Shown piece after piece: positions 12,268-24,903 of a stretch of DNA of 64,000 nt (position 1 is the stretch's first letter; each line of letters opens with the position of its first letter). The DNA comes from Octopus sinensis (lineage: Eukaryota): the NCBI RefSeq assembly GCF_006345805.1, contig NC_043011.1:7688001-7752000 (forward strand). The letters run 5' to 3'. Both the position numbers and the translations under genes were made by a program. The notes beneath the pieces are model-generated. The model made no database searches, was not told the origin of the DNA, and saw nothing but the letters and a program-made list of their open reading frames with translations.

Positions 12268-12478
12268 CATTTTTATAACGTGCTTTCACTTCACTACCGA
12301 GCGCAACTCTGTGTGCCTTGGGTATGTGCTGTGATTTGTTGTGATGCTCTGATGGTTACTGTATTGAAAGTGTTCTGCGTAGGATGTGTGCAGTGCCTAG
12401 TAGTGCAATTTTCTGCATGTTATATATGTTTGTAAGTACTGGGGTTTTTGTTATGTATTTGTCTGAATATTTTTTTAA
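12221..12478 (-). mobile_element. R4/Dong-like LINE 3' end with (TAA)n tail
   Basis: Reverse complement translates to ...NMQKIALLGTAHILRRTLSIQ* (stop at 12356-12358), followed by about 85 nt of 3'UTR and a (TAA)n tail at 12221-12268. Confidence 0.8.
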
Positions 12479-12480
<2 letters not shown>

Positions 12481-12522
<42 letters not shown>

Positions 12523-13010
12523 ATTATTATTATTATTATACCATCATCATCATCAAGATACTACGAGCTAATTTAGTCAGCAGGTATTTATCTTGATGCT
12601 TGGTGACAAATCTCCTAAAATCTTAAGCACCTTTCTTTGAATTTGTGCAGAATACAGGTTGGTATTTTTCTGCAGATTGACATAATTTGAGTCATAATTC
12701 CAATCTCCTTCAGTCTTTTAGGTAACATTTTGGGTGTTGCACCAAGTGTACCAATTACTACAGGAATAATCGTTGTCTCACTCTTCCAGAGTCTCTTCAG
12801 CTCTCTCGCTAGATTCTAATATTCCTAAATTTTTGTTTTTCAATTTCTTTGATATCAACTGTTATCAGAAAGAATTGCAAAATTTTACACTCTTTCTATA
12901 ATCATATCTGGTCTTCTTGCTTCAATCGTATGGTCTGTCCTTATCGGGAAGTTCCGCAAGATCTTGTAATTTCTTATTTTTTGTCACAACCGCTGGTTGT
13001 GATCATACCA
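12481..13010 (-). mobile_element. Second, older R4/Dong-like LINE 3' fragment (RLE domain) with (TAA)n tail
   Basis: Reverse complement: YKILRNFPIRTDHTIEARRPDMII...LARELKRLWKSETTIIPVVIGTLGATPKMLPKRLKEIG with stops and frameshifts; (TAA)n at 12481-12540. Confidence 0.8.
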
Positions 13011-13102
13011 CTTCCATATTATTATTAGAAGCTGCACACTCGGCTGACACTCCAATGCACACTTTTACCTTCGCAGTCATGCATACGCTTATATCCATAG
13101 CA

Positions 13103-13285
13103 GTATTTCTTTCGTCGTTATGTTCTGAGTTCAAATTCCGCCGAGGTCGACTTTGCCTTTCATCCTTTCGGGGTCGATAAATTAAGTACCAGTTACGCAC
13201 TGGGGTCGATATAATCGACTTAATCCCTATGTCTGTCCTTGTTTGTCCCCTCTGTGTTTAGCCCCTTGTGGGCAATAAAGAAATA
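13103..13285 (+). mobile_element. SINE family A, 5'-truncated
   Basis: B box, core and gggcaataaagaaata tail. Confidence 0.9.
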
Positions 13286-14739
13286 TATATCCATTTTGTG
13301 CTGGAGTGCATGTCTAGTATGGACTATCATTGATGTGTCCATAAAAGAAACTGGACCACAATTCGAAGGTCATTAGTTTACAGTCATCATTTTTAATTAA
13401 ACGGCCAGCACAGAGATTTAATTTAGTCTTACGAAAAAGAATACGTCATAACCTACCTAGCTTTACTTGGTTAGGGATGGGATAAGAGTTGTTAGGAAGC
13501 GCAAGAATGCGGCTGATGTTCAGTTTGAACTTCAGGGTATCTGTTATGTAAGGTAAGTTGATGCTGTTACTGCTGTTGTTATGATTGTTTAGTCTCATGT
13601 TAGTCCTGATTAAAGCCTTTTTGCCATGACCATCTCATATTAAGACAAAGATGTCCAGGACTATATTAACCGAAGTGTTAGATGTCAAAGTGTGATTTGG
13701 CTGCCACTTAGAGGAGGAGACCTCACTGGTTGTAAATGGTGTTGGTTGTAGAGAAGGGTGGAATGAAGAGGGTGTGTGATGAAGGGAGAGGGAAGAGGGA
13801 ATATAGAAAATTATGGTGGGAGGAAAGGAGCGGGGTACCAGAGGATTTAGGTGAGAAGAGTATGCAATCCAGAATTAATTTGGGGATAAAATAGGAGTAA
13901 TAGACCTGCAAGAAATAGCAGCTACACCTCATTCAAATCACACACTACAGTCTTAAGGAAAGGAGACATGCATTTTGGATAATGTATTCTCTGATATTTT
14001 GTGCTTTAAACAAAGACGAGATGGTCACGGCTTGTACGCCTTTGATCACAAATTCTACGCATTTAGAACGGGCCTGTGGCTAAGCAATAACAACAGCGAC
14101 GTGAATAGAATCTGTTTTGAATAGAGAAATAATCTGTTTTTATTGGTGTGACTGGAAGCAGATAAAGTTATAAACTGCGTGTAAATATTGGGCTAAAAAG
14201 TCCAATATTTTCACTCCATTAAAAATGGATTATTTCACGTTCTCTCGAAGTTTCTGAATTATTATGATGTAAGAATGGCTTATATCATTAAAAAAAAAAC
14301 CTGTCGACTTTTATATAGATTCCTATCTTCCTCGGCTCCACCAGTCACCATTTTAAGTGGAAGAGTTTCTATTCTGTATTCATGTCTTCCAAAAACCTAA
14401 CAGTAAAGAATATGAAACGAAAGTCTTCATTCTTTGGATTCCGTAGCTTCGCGTAGTTATTTAGCTCTAAATCATCTCTAATCGAAAACACCGATAATAC
14501 AAAACATTCCATCTATGACCACCCAGTCTTGTTTTGGGGATGTATCTGCGACTACATAATCGAAAATATTATTCATCGTGTGAATCGAGGGAGAGTGATG
14601 GCTGCTATTTCTAGCCGGTAGAGCTATCATATAATGGCCATCACATTGGCTGGAGTGGCATTATGTGTTACATCTCGAGTGAAGGTCGTAGGTTCGATAT
14701 TTATCCTATCCTTTCTGAAAGGTGCTGCCTTACAGCGGG

Positions 14740-14943
14740 AGACTTGAGCATATCACTACAGTCGATGGTTGCAGAAGGGAATTATACCACCCTGTGGTAC
14801 CTATTGATTGGGAACTAATGGATTCAGCCGTTGAGTAATAAGTGTTATAGCCTTGATGAAAAACCAAGTGTCTGACACGTGATTCGAACCGTTGACTTCT
14901 CACTCGGCTGTCCAGTTCTCTATATCCTCAGCTGTCTACTGTC
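14740..14943 (-). mobile_element. Degenerate tRNA-headed SINE
   Basis: Reverse complement has GGTTCGAATC B box in a tRNA-like head; no intact cloverleaf. Confidence 0.45.
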
Positions 14944-15311
14944 TTTTCTTGGAAGTAAATAGGAATACGAATCCCAGCATCTCAATTCTACAAAAGTTAT
15001 TTAGGGATCTGCGTGCATGTAAGTCTGCTTGTGTGCATGTATCTATTAACATACTGTGACTGGCCTTAGCCGAAAAGGGACAAACATACAACGAAAAGTT
15101 CTATGACGGATAAAGGCAATTGTCATTGTGGGTTGTAAGCTCTCTGAACATCTGCTGCTAGAGGCATGCATCTTTACCACATCTGTACAAAAGTGTGCAG
15201 GTCCCAAGCAGGTCTGAAAAGCCCATACCGGTCTGGCTCATGTTTAAGGGAGCAATCAAGCGGTGACAATATTCGAGTTGCAGCCTGTATTTATTGATGT
15301 ATGTACGTAGT

Positions 15312-15520
15312 AAGGGCATGTGGATTGGAGGTTAGGGTGTTGCACTCACGATCGCGAGGTTGTGGTTTCAATTCCCGGATCAGGCAGTGCGATGTGTTAT
15401 TGAGAAAAATACTTCTTTTCGTGTTGCTTTGCGGTCACTTTGATATCTGACTTGTGGAAAACCGTGTACCTGTACAAGCGATGTCATTTTGATGGAGAGA
15501 GTGACCTAATGTGCAACACA
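15312..15520 (+). mobile_element. Degenerate tRNA-headed SINE (family C/D-like head)
   Basis: ggttagggtgttgcactcacgatcgcgaggttgtggtttcaattcccgga. Confidence 0.55.
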
Positions 15521-16054
15521 AATATTTGAGCACTGTAAATAATTCACCTGCACAGGTTGCTCAGCAAGATATTGTAAGGTCGTTTCTCTCGGATTCGAGA
15601 GTATCAAGATGTATGTATGTATGTATGTATGTATGTATGTATGTACGTAATTCCATCCGTTCAGCCGGAAAGAAACCCCTGAGCCTGCTAGTTTCATAAG
15701 GTGTAATACATGCCCCAGCCTCAGTCGGCCATTCTGACTGAATGCATTAACACCAAAAACTCCTTATATGTCTCCAATCAAAATGGATGACCGAAAACCC
15801 AGATGTCTGTTACTTATGAAACTCAGAGCTTCGCCCAGTTTAATTGTGGTTGATCGAATCAGTTATCAATAATCTTCGATCGTTATTGATTATTTTTTCT
15901 TCGGTTCATTACTATCAATATAAACTTACAGAACCACTTTATTCCAAACCATTCTAGAATGATTGATGTTAAAAGGGAGAAAGACGTGGAAATTATCACT
16001 TCTCGAAAAGAAAAAAAGAAAGACTTACAGATACTAAAGTAGCCGAAGTACTAG

Positions 16055-16502
16055 TAGTAGCAGTAGTAGTGGTTGTAGTGGTAGTAGTGGTAGTAGTGGT
16101 AGTGGTGGTAGTGGTGGTAGTAGTAGTGGTAGTAATAGTGGTGGTAGTATTAGTAGTGGTAATAGTAGTAGTGGTAGTAGTGGTGGTAGTAGTAGTGGTG
16201 GTAGTAGTAGTGGTAGTAGTAGTGGTGGTGGTAGTAGTAGTGATAATAGTAGTAGTGGTAGTAGTGATGGTAGTAGTAGTAGTGATAATAGTAATAGTGG
16301 TGATAGTAGTAGTGGTAGTAGTAGTAGTGGTGGGAGTAGTAGTAGTCGTGGTGGTGGTAGTAGTAGCAGTAGTAGTAGTAGTAGTAATAGAAGTAGTAGT
16401 AGGAGTAGTAATGGTAGTAGCAGCAGTGGTAGCAGCAGTGGTAGTAGTGGTGATAGTAGTAGTAGTAGTAGTAGTAGTAGTCGTGGTGGTATGGTGATGG
16501 TG

Positions 16503-16544
<42 letters not shown>

Positions 16545-16545
16545 A
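16055..16545. repeat. (GTA/GTG)n trinucleotide tract
   Basis: Directly visible; gives the poly-Val ORF artefact. Confidence 0.95.
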
Positions 16546-16869
16546 AAATATTTGGTTTGTCAATATAGAATCGTTTGCTATATTTTCTCCTGGTTTCAGA
16601 TTATTTTCTAAAAGCAAATTTTGCCCCAGTCACCGACTGATATTAAACTGGTGCCAAGTTAATGTCGAAGCATTAAATATGCGGCAGTAAGAGTGGAAAG
16701 GACGTTAAAAAGTTAACTACAAAGAAAAGAAAAACGCAACGCTAGTCAATATCAAATTATTTAGTTGAAATATGGGAAACAACCGCGTACATGTTCTTGC
16801 CTTATTAAGACCTCGTCAGCGAAACATAGCTGCACTGCATTTGTGATGAGAGCATCGCTAAGTATATAC

Positions 16870-17127
16870 TATCTTTTTTCTTTTACTCTTTTACTTGTTT
16901 TAGTCATTGGTTTGCGGTCAGGCTGGAGCACCGCCTTGTAGAATGAGTCGCACAAATCGACCCCAGCACTTATCTTAAGTCTGGTATGTATTCTGTTGAA
17001 AGCTTTTTGGCGAACTGCTAAGTTACAGGATGTAAACAAACCAACACTATTTGTCAATCCTTTGAGGGAAACACACACACAGAGAGACACACAAGCACAC
17101 ACAAAGACATACAAAGACACACAAACA

Positions 17128-17165
<38 letters not shown>

Positions 17166-17515
17166 ACAAACACATACACAAGCACACATACAGATGTATG
17201 ATAAGCTTGTTCAGTTTCCGTTCAATAAATTCACTTAAGAGCTTTTTGTCGGTCTGGGGCTGCGGCTGCAAGAGTGGGAACGAACATGCGGTTGCGAAAT
17301 CGGTTGTCAAGCGACGGTGGGAGGACAACCACACACACACACACACATATATACATATACGACGGGCTTCTTTCAGTTTCCATCTACCAAATCCACTCAC
17401 AAGGCTTTGGTCAGCCCGAGGCTATAGTAGAAGACACTTGCCCTAGGTTCCACGCAGTGGGACTGAACCCGGAACCGTGTGGTTGGTTAGCAATCTACTT
17501 ACTACACAGCCACGG
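16870..17515 (-). mobile_element. Two interdigitated family B SINE copies
   Basis: 3' half (16870-17060), CA tract, fragment, second partial 3' half (about 17230-17330), then 5' half (17360-17515). Confidence 0.75.
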
Positions 17516-17557
17516 TTGCGAAACTGCGCAACTATATCTCAGCACAACATTATATAT

Positions 17558-18078
17558 TACCGTATATACTCGACTTTGTAGTCAAGACGCACTCCCGACT
17601 TACAAGGTTCGAATCGGGAATTTTATCATTGACCCAACTATAGGTCGGAGCGACTTTTTTACAGCTCGATTCGAACGCGACTTCGCGTATTCAACAACTT
17701 TCAGCTTGAAAGTAATATCGTGTGAATCCCTCTTCCTCTTCATGTTAATAAATAACATGACGTCGAATTAAAGAAAGACAGGTACAAAAACAAACAAGCA
17801 TTAAACTCACTTTTTTAAAAATAAATATTTCATACTAACAAAAGTAAAAAATATATATATAAAGAAATTTCTAAAGAGCATCTTCCGTTTACTTCACGGC
17901 ATCGGAATTAGCGATTCGGGTTTCGTCAGTTATTCCAAGTGTCGGAACTTCAGACGTGGCCTGTACCTAGAAAATATCTGAAGATTTTTTATATAGGATG
18001 CGCTTTTAAGTCGCACCGCCAACTTTTGGTGAAAATTTTATGGGTAAAAGTGCGACTTATAGCAGAGTATATACAGTA
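17558..18078. mobile_element. pogo/Tigger-like non-autonomous DNA transposon
   Basis: Termini TACCGTATATACTCG and GAGTATATACAGTA (TA-flanked); subterminal aagtcgcac motifs. Confidence 0.7.
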
Positions 18079-18177
18079 GTTGGCCTCGGAATATAGAATA
18101 GTTTTAAAATTAATATTTTAGTTACCTGTCTGAAAAAGCAGTAATTAAAGTGTTAAGTTAATGTTAATATGCTTAAT

Positions 18178-18480
18178 CACGGTCACCGTCACCGTGACCG
18201 ACCAGGCTATCAGATGTTGCTACACATCGCTGGTCACAATGCGCTTCGCATTGTTTTAGCCTTCAAATGACGCCACCCCGCTGGCTAAGTGAGCAGGCCA
18301 ACAGAAGAAAGAGAGAGAGAAAGTTGTGGCGAAAGAGTACAGCAGGGATCGCACCCCCCCGCCCCGCCTGAGCCTCGTGGAGCTTTAGGTGTTTTCGCTC
18401 AATAAACACACACAACGCCCGGTCTGGAAATCGAAACCGCGAGTCCGCTGCCCTAACCACTGGGCCGTTGCGCCTCCACA
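18178..18480 (-). mobile_element. SINE family C (tRNA head, probable RTE-like 3' tail)
   Basis: Reverse complement: tgtggaggcgcaacggcccagtggttagggcagcggactcgcggtttcgatttccagaccggg...; ends in (gtgac)-type short repeats; 5' part recurs at 49601-49700. Confidence 0.75.
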
Positions 18481-18534
18481 ATATGTTTAATACTGGGGGT
18501 AAAAAAACAAAAACAAAATGAAGCAAAAACAAAA

Positions 18535-18915
18535 GTACAGTTATATGTGGTTAAGAAGCACATTTTGCAGTCGTTTGGATTCGGGTTCAGTCTCAGTGTA
18601 CGGCACCTTGGATATGTGTCTTCTATTATAGCCATGGGTCGACCGAAGCCTTGTGGTTGAATTTTGGTAGTCGGAAGCTCAATGAAGCCCGTTGTACACA
18701 TGTGTGTGTGTGTGTGTGTGTGTGTGTTTATGTGTTTGTCCTCCCGCCATCGCTTGACAAACGATGCTGGTGTGTTTACGACCCCGTAACTTAGCAGTTC
18801 GGCAAAGAGACCGATAGAATAAGTACTAGACTTACAAAGAAGTTCTGGGGTTGTTTTGTTCAATCAAAGGCGGTGCTCCAGCATGGCCGCAGTTAAATGA
18901 CTGAAACAAATAAAA

Positions 18916-18972
<57 letters not shown>

Positions 18973-19118
18973 TGAGTTTCCGACTACCAAAATTCAACTA
19001 CAAGGCCTTGGTCGATCCATGGCTATAGTAGAAAACATATGCCCAAGGTGCGTATACTGAGACTGAACCCGAATCCAAATTACTGCAAAGAGTGCTTGTA
19101 CATATATATATAATATAT

Positions 19119-19164
<46 letters not shown>

Positions 19165-19300
19165 GTGTGTGTGTGTGTGTGTGTGTGTGTGTACAAGCAC
19201 TGAGTACACAGCTTAAAACGATAGGCACTGGGGTCGACTTGTTCGACTAAACCGGCCAAATGGTGCTCCGGCATGACCGCTGTTCAATGATCGGCACAAG
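18535..19300. mobile_element. Family B SINE cluster (+ 18535-18915; - 18975-19090; + 3' fragment 19205-19300)
   Basis: Family B motifs in both orientations separated by TA/TG tracts. Confidence 0.8.
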
Positions 19301-19405
19301 GTGAATGATTGCTTTTGTGATCTTTCTATCTTCTGATCAATCCTATAAATTGCTACAGCTCACATTGTAGACTCAAATGAATTTTAATCTTACATTTGGA
19401 GATAA

Positions 19406-19620
19406 GGCAGCGAGCTAGTAGAATTGTTACTGCACCGGACAAAATGCTTAGTAGTATTTCGTCCGTCTCTACGTTCTGAGTTCAAATTCCATCGATGTTG
19501 ACTTTGCCTTTCATCCTTTCGGGGTCGATAAATTAAGTACCAGTTACGCACTGGGGTCGATGTAATCGATCTGCTCCCTCAGTCAAAAATTGCTGGCCCT
19601 AAGCAAAAAGTTGAAACCGA
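19406..19620 (+). mobile_element. SINE family A monomer
   Basis: ggcagcgagctagtagaattg...gagttcaaattcc...gcctttcatcctttcggggtcgataaattaagtaccag. Confidence 0.85.
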
Positions 19621-21547
19621 TATTGCAATTGAAAATGAAGAGGATAGGCAAAATGATATTAAGTGGAATCGACTGGATTTGGAATATTGATAAAATCTTG
19701 ACTACGAAGATTGTAGATTGGTGGGTAAGTTTGGCCGAGTAACTCGCATTCTATTCAGAAGAGTAGTCGAAAGTCTTTAAAATTACGTAAGGGAGATAAT
19801 TCCATCAAAATCAGTTAATTGAAGTTTTTTTTTTAAAATTATGTTGTCAAAACATCGCCTATAAGACCTTTGGTATGTAATATATCAAGGTGAAAATTTT
19901 GCATCAGTCGAGATTGTCCAAGTTCGATTCCAGGCGGCAAAAGTGAGTTGTATCCGTAATTCAAAGGAACAGCCTTGTCACATTGTGTCACGCTGAATCT
20001 CCCTTGAGAACTACCTTAAATTAGCAAACTGTTCTGTTGATTAGATCAGCTGATACCCTCGTCGACACAGTTTCTTGTTAGTCTTGAAATATGCATCTGC
20101 CCAAAGGAAACGTCCCCACAGTATCTGTATATATGCATTAAAATATCCAATGTTCAACACAGTAGGCTGTGAAATGGGAGAGATTTTCTAGTCACTACAT
20201 AATTGCCCCTTTCATTAAACTGAAAAGTTTGTATTGTGATGTGATTCTGCAGAAGGGTAAAAAAAAAAGAGAAGGGACTCATTCTTTTAAATAATTATAC
20301 AATTGGATGTCATACATAAATATATAATAGTTGATAGGAATGTTTGGAAAAGATAAACAAAATTTCAATCAGCTGATCTAAATTGAATTATCTCGCTTGC
20401 TTTTTAAAAAATATATTTAAAGCAGCCCCTCTTTAACTTAACCTGGTTGAAGCCGGGTATTTCACTGGAGACATGCTTCTTTTCTCTCTTTTCGTGGTGG
20501 TTCTATGCATCGTTCTCCTCTTTAGCTTCAATCTTCCTCCAATGCCAAAATAAAGGGCTTGTAGCGGTGACTTCCTCTCTTGAATGAGCGCAGTTGTTAC
20601 TTCTCTTCAAACTGGTCTTTTAAACAGTTTCTTTTTTTCTCCTCTGGCTAAACAATGATCATGATGTAGCTGGCCCTAAGGTTTGTAATAAAAAGAAAAG
20701 ATGTCAGGTACGTGCACTGCATGTCTGAGCCATTTCAGGTGATACTTATTGATTTAATTTTGTTATTTGCTTATATAATTCCGACTGATCAAAGGTTTTC
20801 ACTTTTGTATGTTTCATGTGTAAGCTCTGCATACAGTGTTTTGACGATATAGTTAAGAACTACACTTAACTGATCTTAATTGAATTATCTCCCTTACTTT
20901 AAGATTTTATGTAACTCTAGAAGAGGATAGGGGTTAATTTCGTTTCGTAATTTATTATCAGAATAATAAATCGCTGAATGCTGGCCTGATAACGATGTTA
21001 ATGAATCGAATTAGGAATTGATTTACTTTAGCAGATATTAGCTTTGTTAGGACACTGGAATTATTTATTTATTAGGTATTTTTTCATGTTTGTACAATTT
21101 TTGGGGTTATAGCGGGGATAACAAAAAGGGATTGGATAATTATTTCTAATTTACCTGGTTAATTATCTCTAATTTGTTTGGATGAAAATCTCAAGCGATT
21201 CAAATTTACCAACTCAATGTGTGAAAGACCTACATCAATGTTTTATCAACAAAGATAAAATAAAAATCTTCAATTAGCTGGTTTTAATTAAGTTAATCCC
21301 ATTACCTTAAAATTTATAAGCAGGCCCCGAATTTATTATTTTTTTATTTGCTTAACTAATCTCAACTAATCCATGTTTTGCAGCTCTTCTTATTTCATAT
21401 GAAAGATTCTGCATTGTATATTTGTTTAAAGTATATTGGACGCCTCTTTGAGGTGTTTCCCATCAGCCACTTTGCTGTCTTCTAAATAACATGCGACATT
21501 TCGATAAAGATGCGCGAATAATCTTGACTCCTACAAATAATGCACTA

Positions 21548-21738
21548 CAGGAGTGGCTGTGTGGTAAGTAGCTTGCTAACCAACCACTTGGTTCCGGGTT
21601 CAGTCCCACTGCGTGGCATCTTGGGCAAGTGTCTTCTGCTATAGCCCCGGGCCGACCAAAGCCTTGAGTGGATTTGGTAGCCGGAAACTGAAAGAAGCCC
21701 GTCGTATATATGTATATATATATATATATATTATATAT

Positions 21739-21783
<45 letters not shown>

Positions 21784-21990
21784 GTTTGTGTGTCTGCGTT
21801 TGTCCCCCTATCATTGCTTGACAACCGATGCTAGTGTGTTTACGTCCCCGTCACTTTGAGGTTCGGCAAAAGAGACCGATAGAATAAGTACTGGGCTTAC
21901 AAAGAATAAGTCCCGGGGTCGATTTGCTCGACTAAAGGCGGTGCTCCAGCATGGCCGCAGTCAAATGACTGAAACAAGTAAAAGAGTAAA
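21548..21990 (+). mobile_element. SINE family B, full-length, apparently young copy
   Basis: ggagtggctgtgtggtaag (A-box-like), gggttcagtccc (B-box-like), ttgggcaagtgtctt, internal (TA)n, tail gactgaaacaagtaaaagagtaaaa; near-identical to 27650-28040. Confidence 0.9.
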
Positions 21991-22261
21991 AAGAGAGAGT
22001 ACATACATGTGTGTATGTGTGTAAGCTGTTGCTGTTGATGTCCAGCCTTCAATTAGACCTGAGCGATTAGACAGTTGATTAAAAGCATTCCATCCATGAT
22101 CATCCTGCATTATTCTTTACCCAGAACTACATAGTCCATTTTGCTTTTGTAAACTGAGGGAGATCTTGTTGCTGTGTTTAGCAGCTCGAACGACCAATTA
22201 TAGGGTCTCTCGTATATATGGTTGTGTGTACATGTATCTGCATATATACGTACACACACCT

Positions 22262-22454
22262 ACATCTTATTCATTTCAGTCATTTGACTGCGGCCATACT
22301 GGGGTACCGCCTTGAATGAATCAACTCCAGTATTTTTTGTTTAATCCTGGTACTTGTTCTATCGATCTCTTTCATTGAGCCGCTAAGTTGTGAAGCGGTG
22401 ATGGTGGTGGGGATAAACACGCACACACACCACACATATAAGTGTGTATGTGTT

Positions 22455-22496
<42 letters not shown>

Positions 22497-22635
22497 ATAG
22501 TCTTCTTTGAGTTTCCAAGGCTTTGATCAACACGAGGATCTTAGAAGAAGATGCTTTCCCAAAGTGTCACATGGCGTGACTGAACCCGGAACCATACGGT
22601 TCGGAAGCAAGCTTCTTACCAAACATCCATGCCTA
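22262..22635 (-). mobile_element. SINE family B, diverged
   Basis: Reverse-complement family B motifs around a (CA)n tract. Confidence 0.75.
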
Positions 22636-22880
22636 CGTCTATGGTTTATTTTCTTAAATTTCTTCTTTAAATTGCGTAAGTTTTAGACTAAAATTAAATC
22701 CCAAAGTATTCGGAAAGAATTGGTCGTACGTATTGGCAAAACTAATTTCAGGAATTTCGTAGACTTAAATAGTGATTTTTTGTGTTTTGAAGAGGTATTG
22801 CGAAAAATGGCGAATTGGTCGAATCGTTAGAGAATCCGGTGTAATGTCTTCTAGATCTCTGCATTCTGAGTTCAAATACC

Positions 22881-23106
22881 TATTTCTTTATTACCTACAA
22901 GGGGCTGAACATAGAGGGGACAAACATGGACAGACATAGGTATTAAGTCGATTATTCGACCCCAGTGCTTAACTGGTACTTAATTTATCGACCCCGAAAG
23001 GAGAAAGGCAAAGTCGACCTCGGGGAATTGAACTCACAACGTAACGGCAGAAAAATACCGCTAAGCATTTCGCCCGACGTGCTAACGATTCTGCTAGCTC
23101 GCCGCC
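22881..23106 (-). mobile_element. Full-length family A monomer inserted antisense into an older family A-like SINE
   Basis: Exact 17-bp TSD ttctgagttcaaatacc at 22864-22880 and 23107-23123. Confidence 0.9.
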
Positions 23107-23734
23107 TTCTGAGTTCAAATACCGCCAATGCAGTATATTGTTTTCTGTTCTTTTGAGTGGTAGAATTTATTCAATCGAGTTCCATCTGGTGTCGGTCCCA
23201 ATTCTCTCCTTCACTCTTTTTCTTCCTTTCCGCTTCTCTCTCTCTCTCTCCCCTCCCCCTCTCTCTCTTGTACATGTAAATTTATAATCTTAAAATTCCT
23301 CGTTTATATTGATTCATTTAGCTTCTCCCACCCCAACACTCGCCTGTACAAATGGCAATTTCCTGATAATTTACTATTTGCAACATTGACTTCTATTTCT
23401 TACTGTTTCTCTGTCAAACGCAAATCTGATTCATTCTCATTGTATTGAATTAATCAAGAATTATCTTGTAGCTATGAGGTTTAAGCGATGTAATTGATTA
23501 TTTTAGAATGACATTGTAGGATATGTGTGAGAGGCCAAATTTGGATGGTTTAAACACAAGACAAGAATATTTGGACTGGTATGGTCAGTATAAATGCGAA
23601 AGTCTTAATGCCTCCTTCCCGTTGTTACACATAGAAACATTCTACATTTAACCTGGATTAAATTCACCATTATTTAATACTTATGGATTACTTATAAAGA
23701 GGGGCCAGTACTTCTATCCTTTGTGTCTTTCTTT

Positions 23735-24120
23735 CGTCTTCTGCTTGCTCGAGTCATTGGATTGCGGCCATGCTGGGGCACTGCCTTCAAAGGTCTAGTT
23801 GAACAAATTGACACCGGGTCTTTTCTTTTCTTTCTTAAGCCCTGTACGTATTCTATCAGTCTCTCTTTGCCGAACTGCTAAGTTCGGGAATATAGACAAA
23901 CCAACACCGGTTGCCAAATGGTGATAAGGTACAAACACAAAAACACACAAATACATACGACTGGCTTTTTTCAGTTTCCGTCCACCAAATCCATCCACAG
24001 GGTTTTGGTCGGTCCGACGCTATAGTAGAAGACACTTGCCAAAAGTTGCCACGCAGTGGGACTGAACCCGGAACCATGTGGTTGGAAGGCAAACTTCTTC
24101 CTACACTGCCACGCCTGCAC
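23735..24120 (-). mobile_element. SINE family B
   Basis: Reverse-complement head and tail both present. Confidence 0.8.
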
Positions 24121-24404
24121 CTATAACTATTAATAATGGCGTTTTGTTAGTGAAAGTGGGGAATTATATCATCTATTTTTGAATAAAAGACACAACTAAA
24201 TCAGGTGACCTTCCCAGATGTCACCTATTAACTGTCCATATTAGCGGCAATGGGATTTGATCTCAAACCGTAGGGAATAAGGTGTTCCACTCCAGTAACA
24301 CACCGATTCCTCTGTTCCAGATAGCTCTCCTGTTATCTTCGAGCAAAGAGTCTAATTTCTCATCCGCTCGGCCATTTTGTCTTTTTAATAGACTACTCTG
24401 TTAT

Positions 24405-24710
24405 CTTTGACTCGTTTCAGCCACTGGACTGCGGCCATGCTGGGGCGTCGCCTTGAAAGAAAGAGTTTAATCGAACAAGTGTACTTCTTTCTCTTTTTTT
24501 TTTTTTTGAAGTCTGGTACTTATTCTATCGATTTTTTTCCTAAACCGCTAAGCTACGGAACGTAAACACCAACATTGGTTGCCAAGTGACCATGATCATG
24601 GGGGTGGGTGGGAGAACACTGGCACAAACACACACACATACACCACGTACACACACACACGATGGGCTTCTACATAGTTTCCGTTAACCAAATTCACTCA
24701 AAACAAAATG
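24405..24710 (-). mobile_element. SINE family B, 5'-truncated
   Basis: gactgcggccatgctggggcgtcgcc...aaaccgctaag...cagtttccg motifs. Confidence 0.75.
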
Positions 24711-24903
24711 AACGGCCCTAGATTTAAACATTTACTTTAACTCTCATTTTTTACAAAATATTTATATAAAAAAATTGATTTGGGAACACAACAAAAAGCT
24801 CCTTTTAAAACTGACGAAAATGTCAGATTCCAAATATTTTCGTTTTTCTGCAAAAAAAAAAAAAATGAAAGTTATAAAAGTTTTATTAGTTTCTTTAAAG
24901 TAA

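Noticed and set aside
16069-16617. Poly-Val and poly-His/Tyr ORFs
   Set aside because: (GTA/GTG)n repeat.
16786-16821. Minus-strand CUGACGA-GGUCUUAAUAAGGC-AAGAACAUGUA hammerhead-like motif
   Set aside because: GAAA is broken, there are extra bases after stem II and stem I is only 2 bp. At best a relic and not supportable alone.
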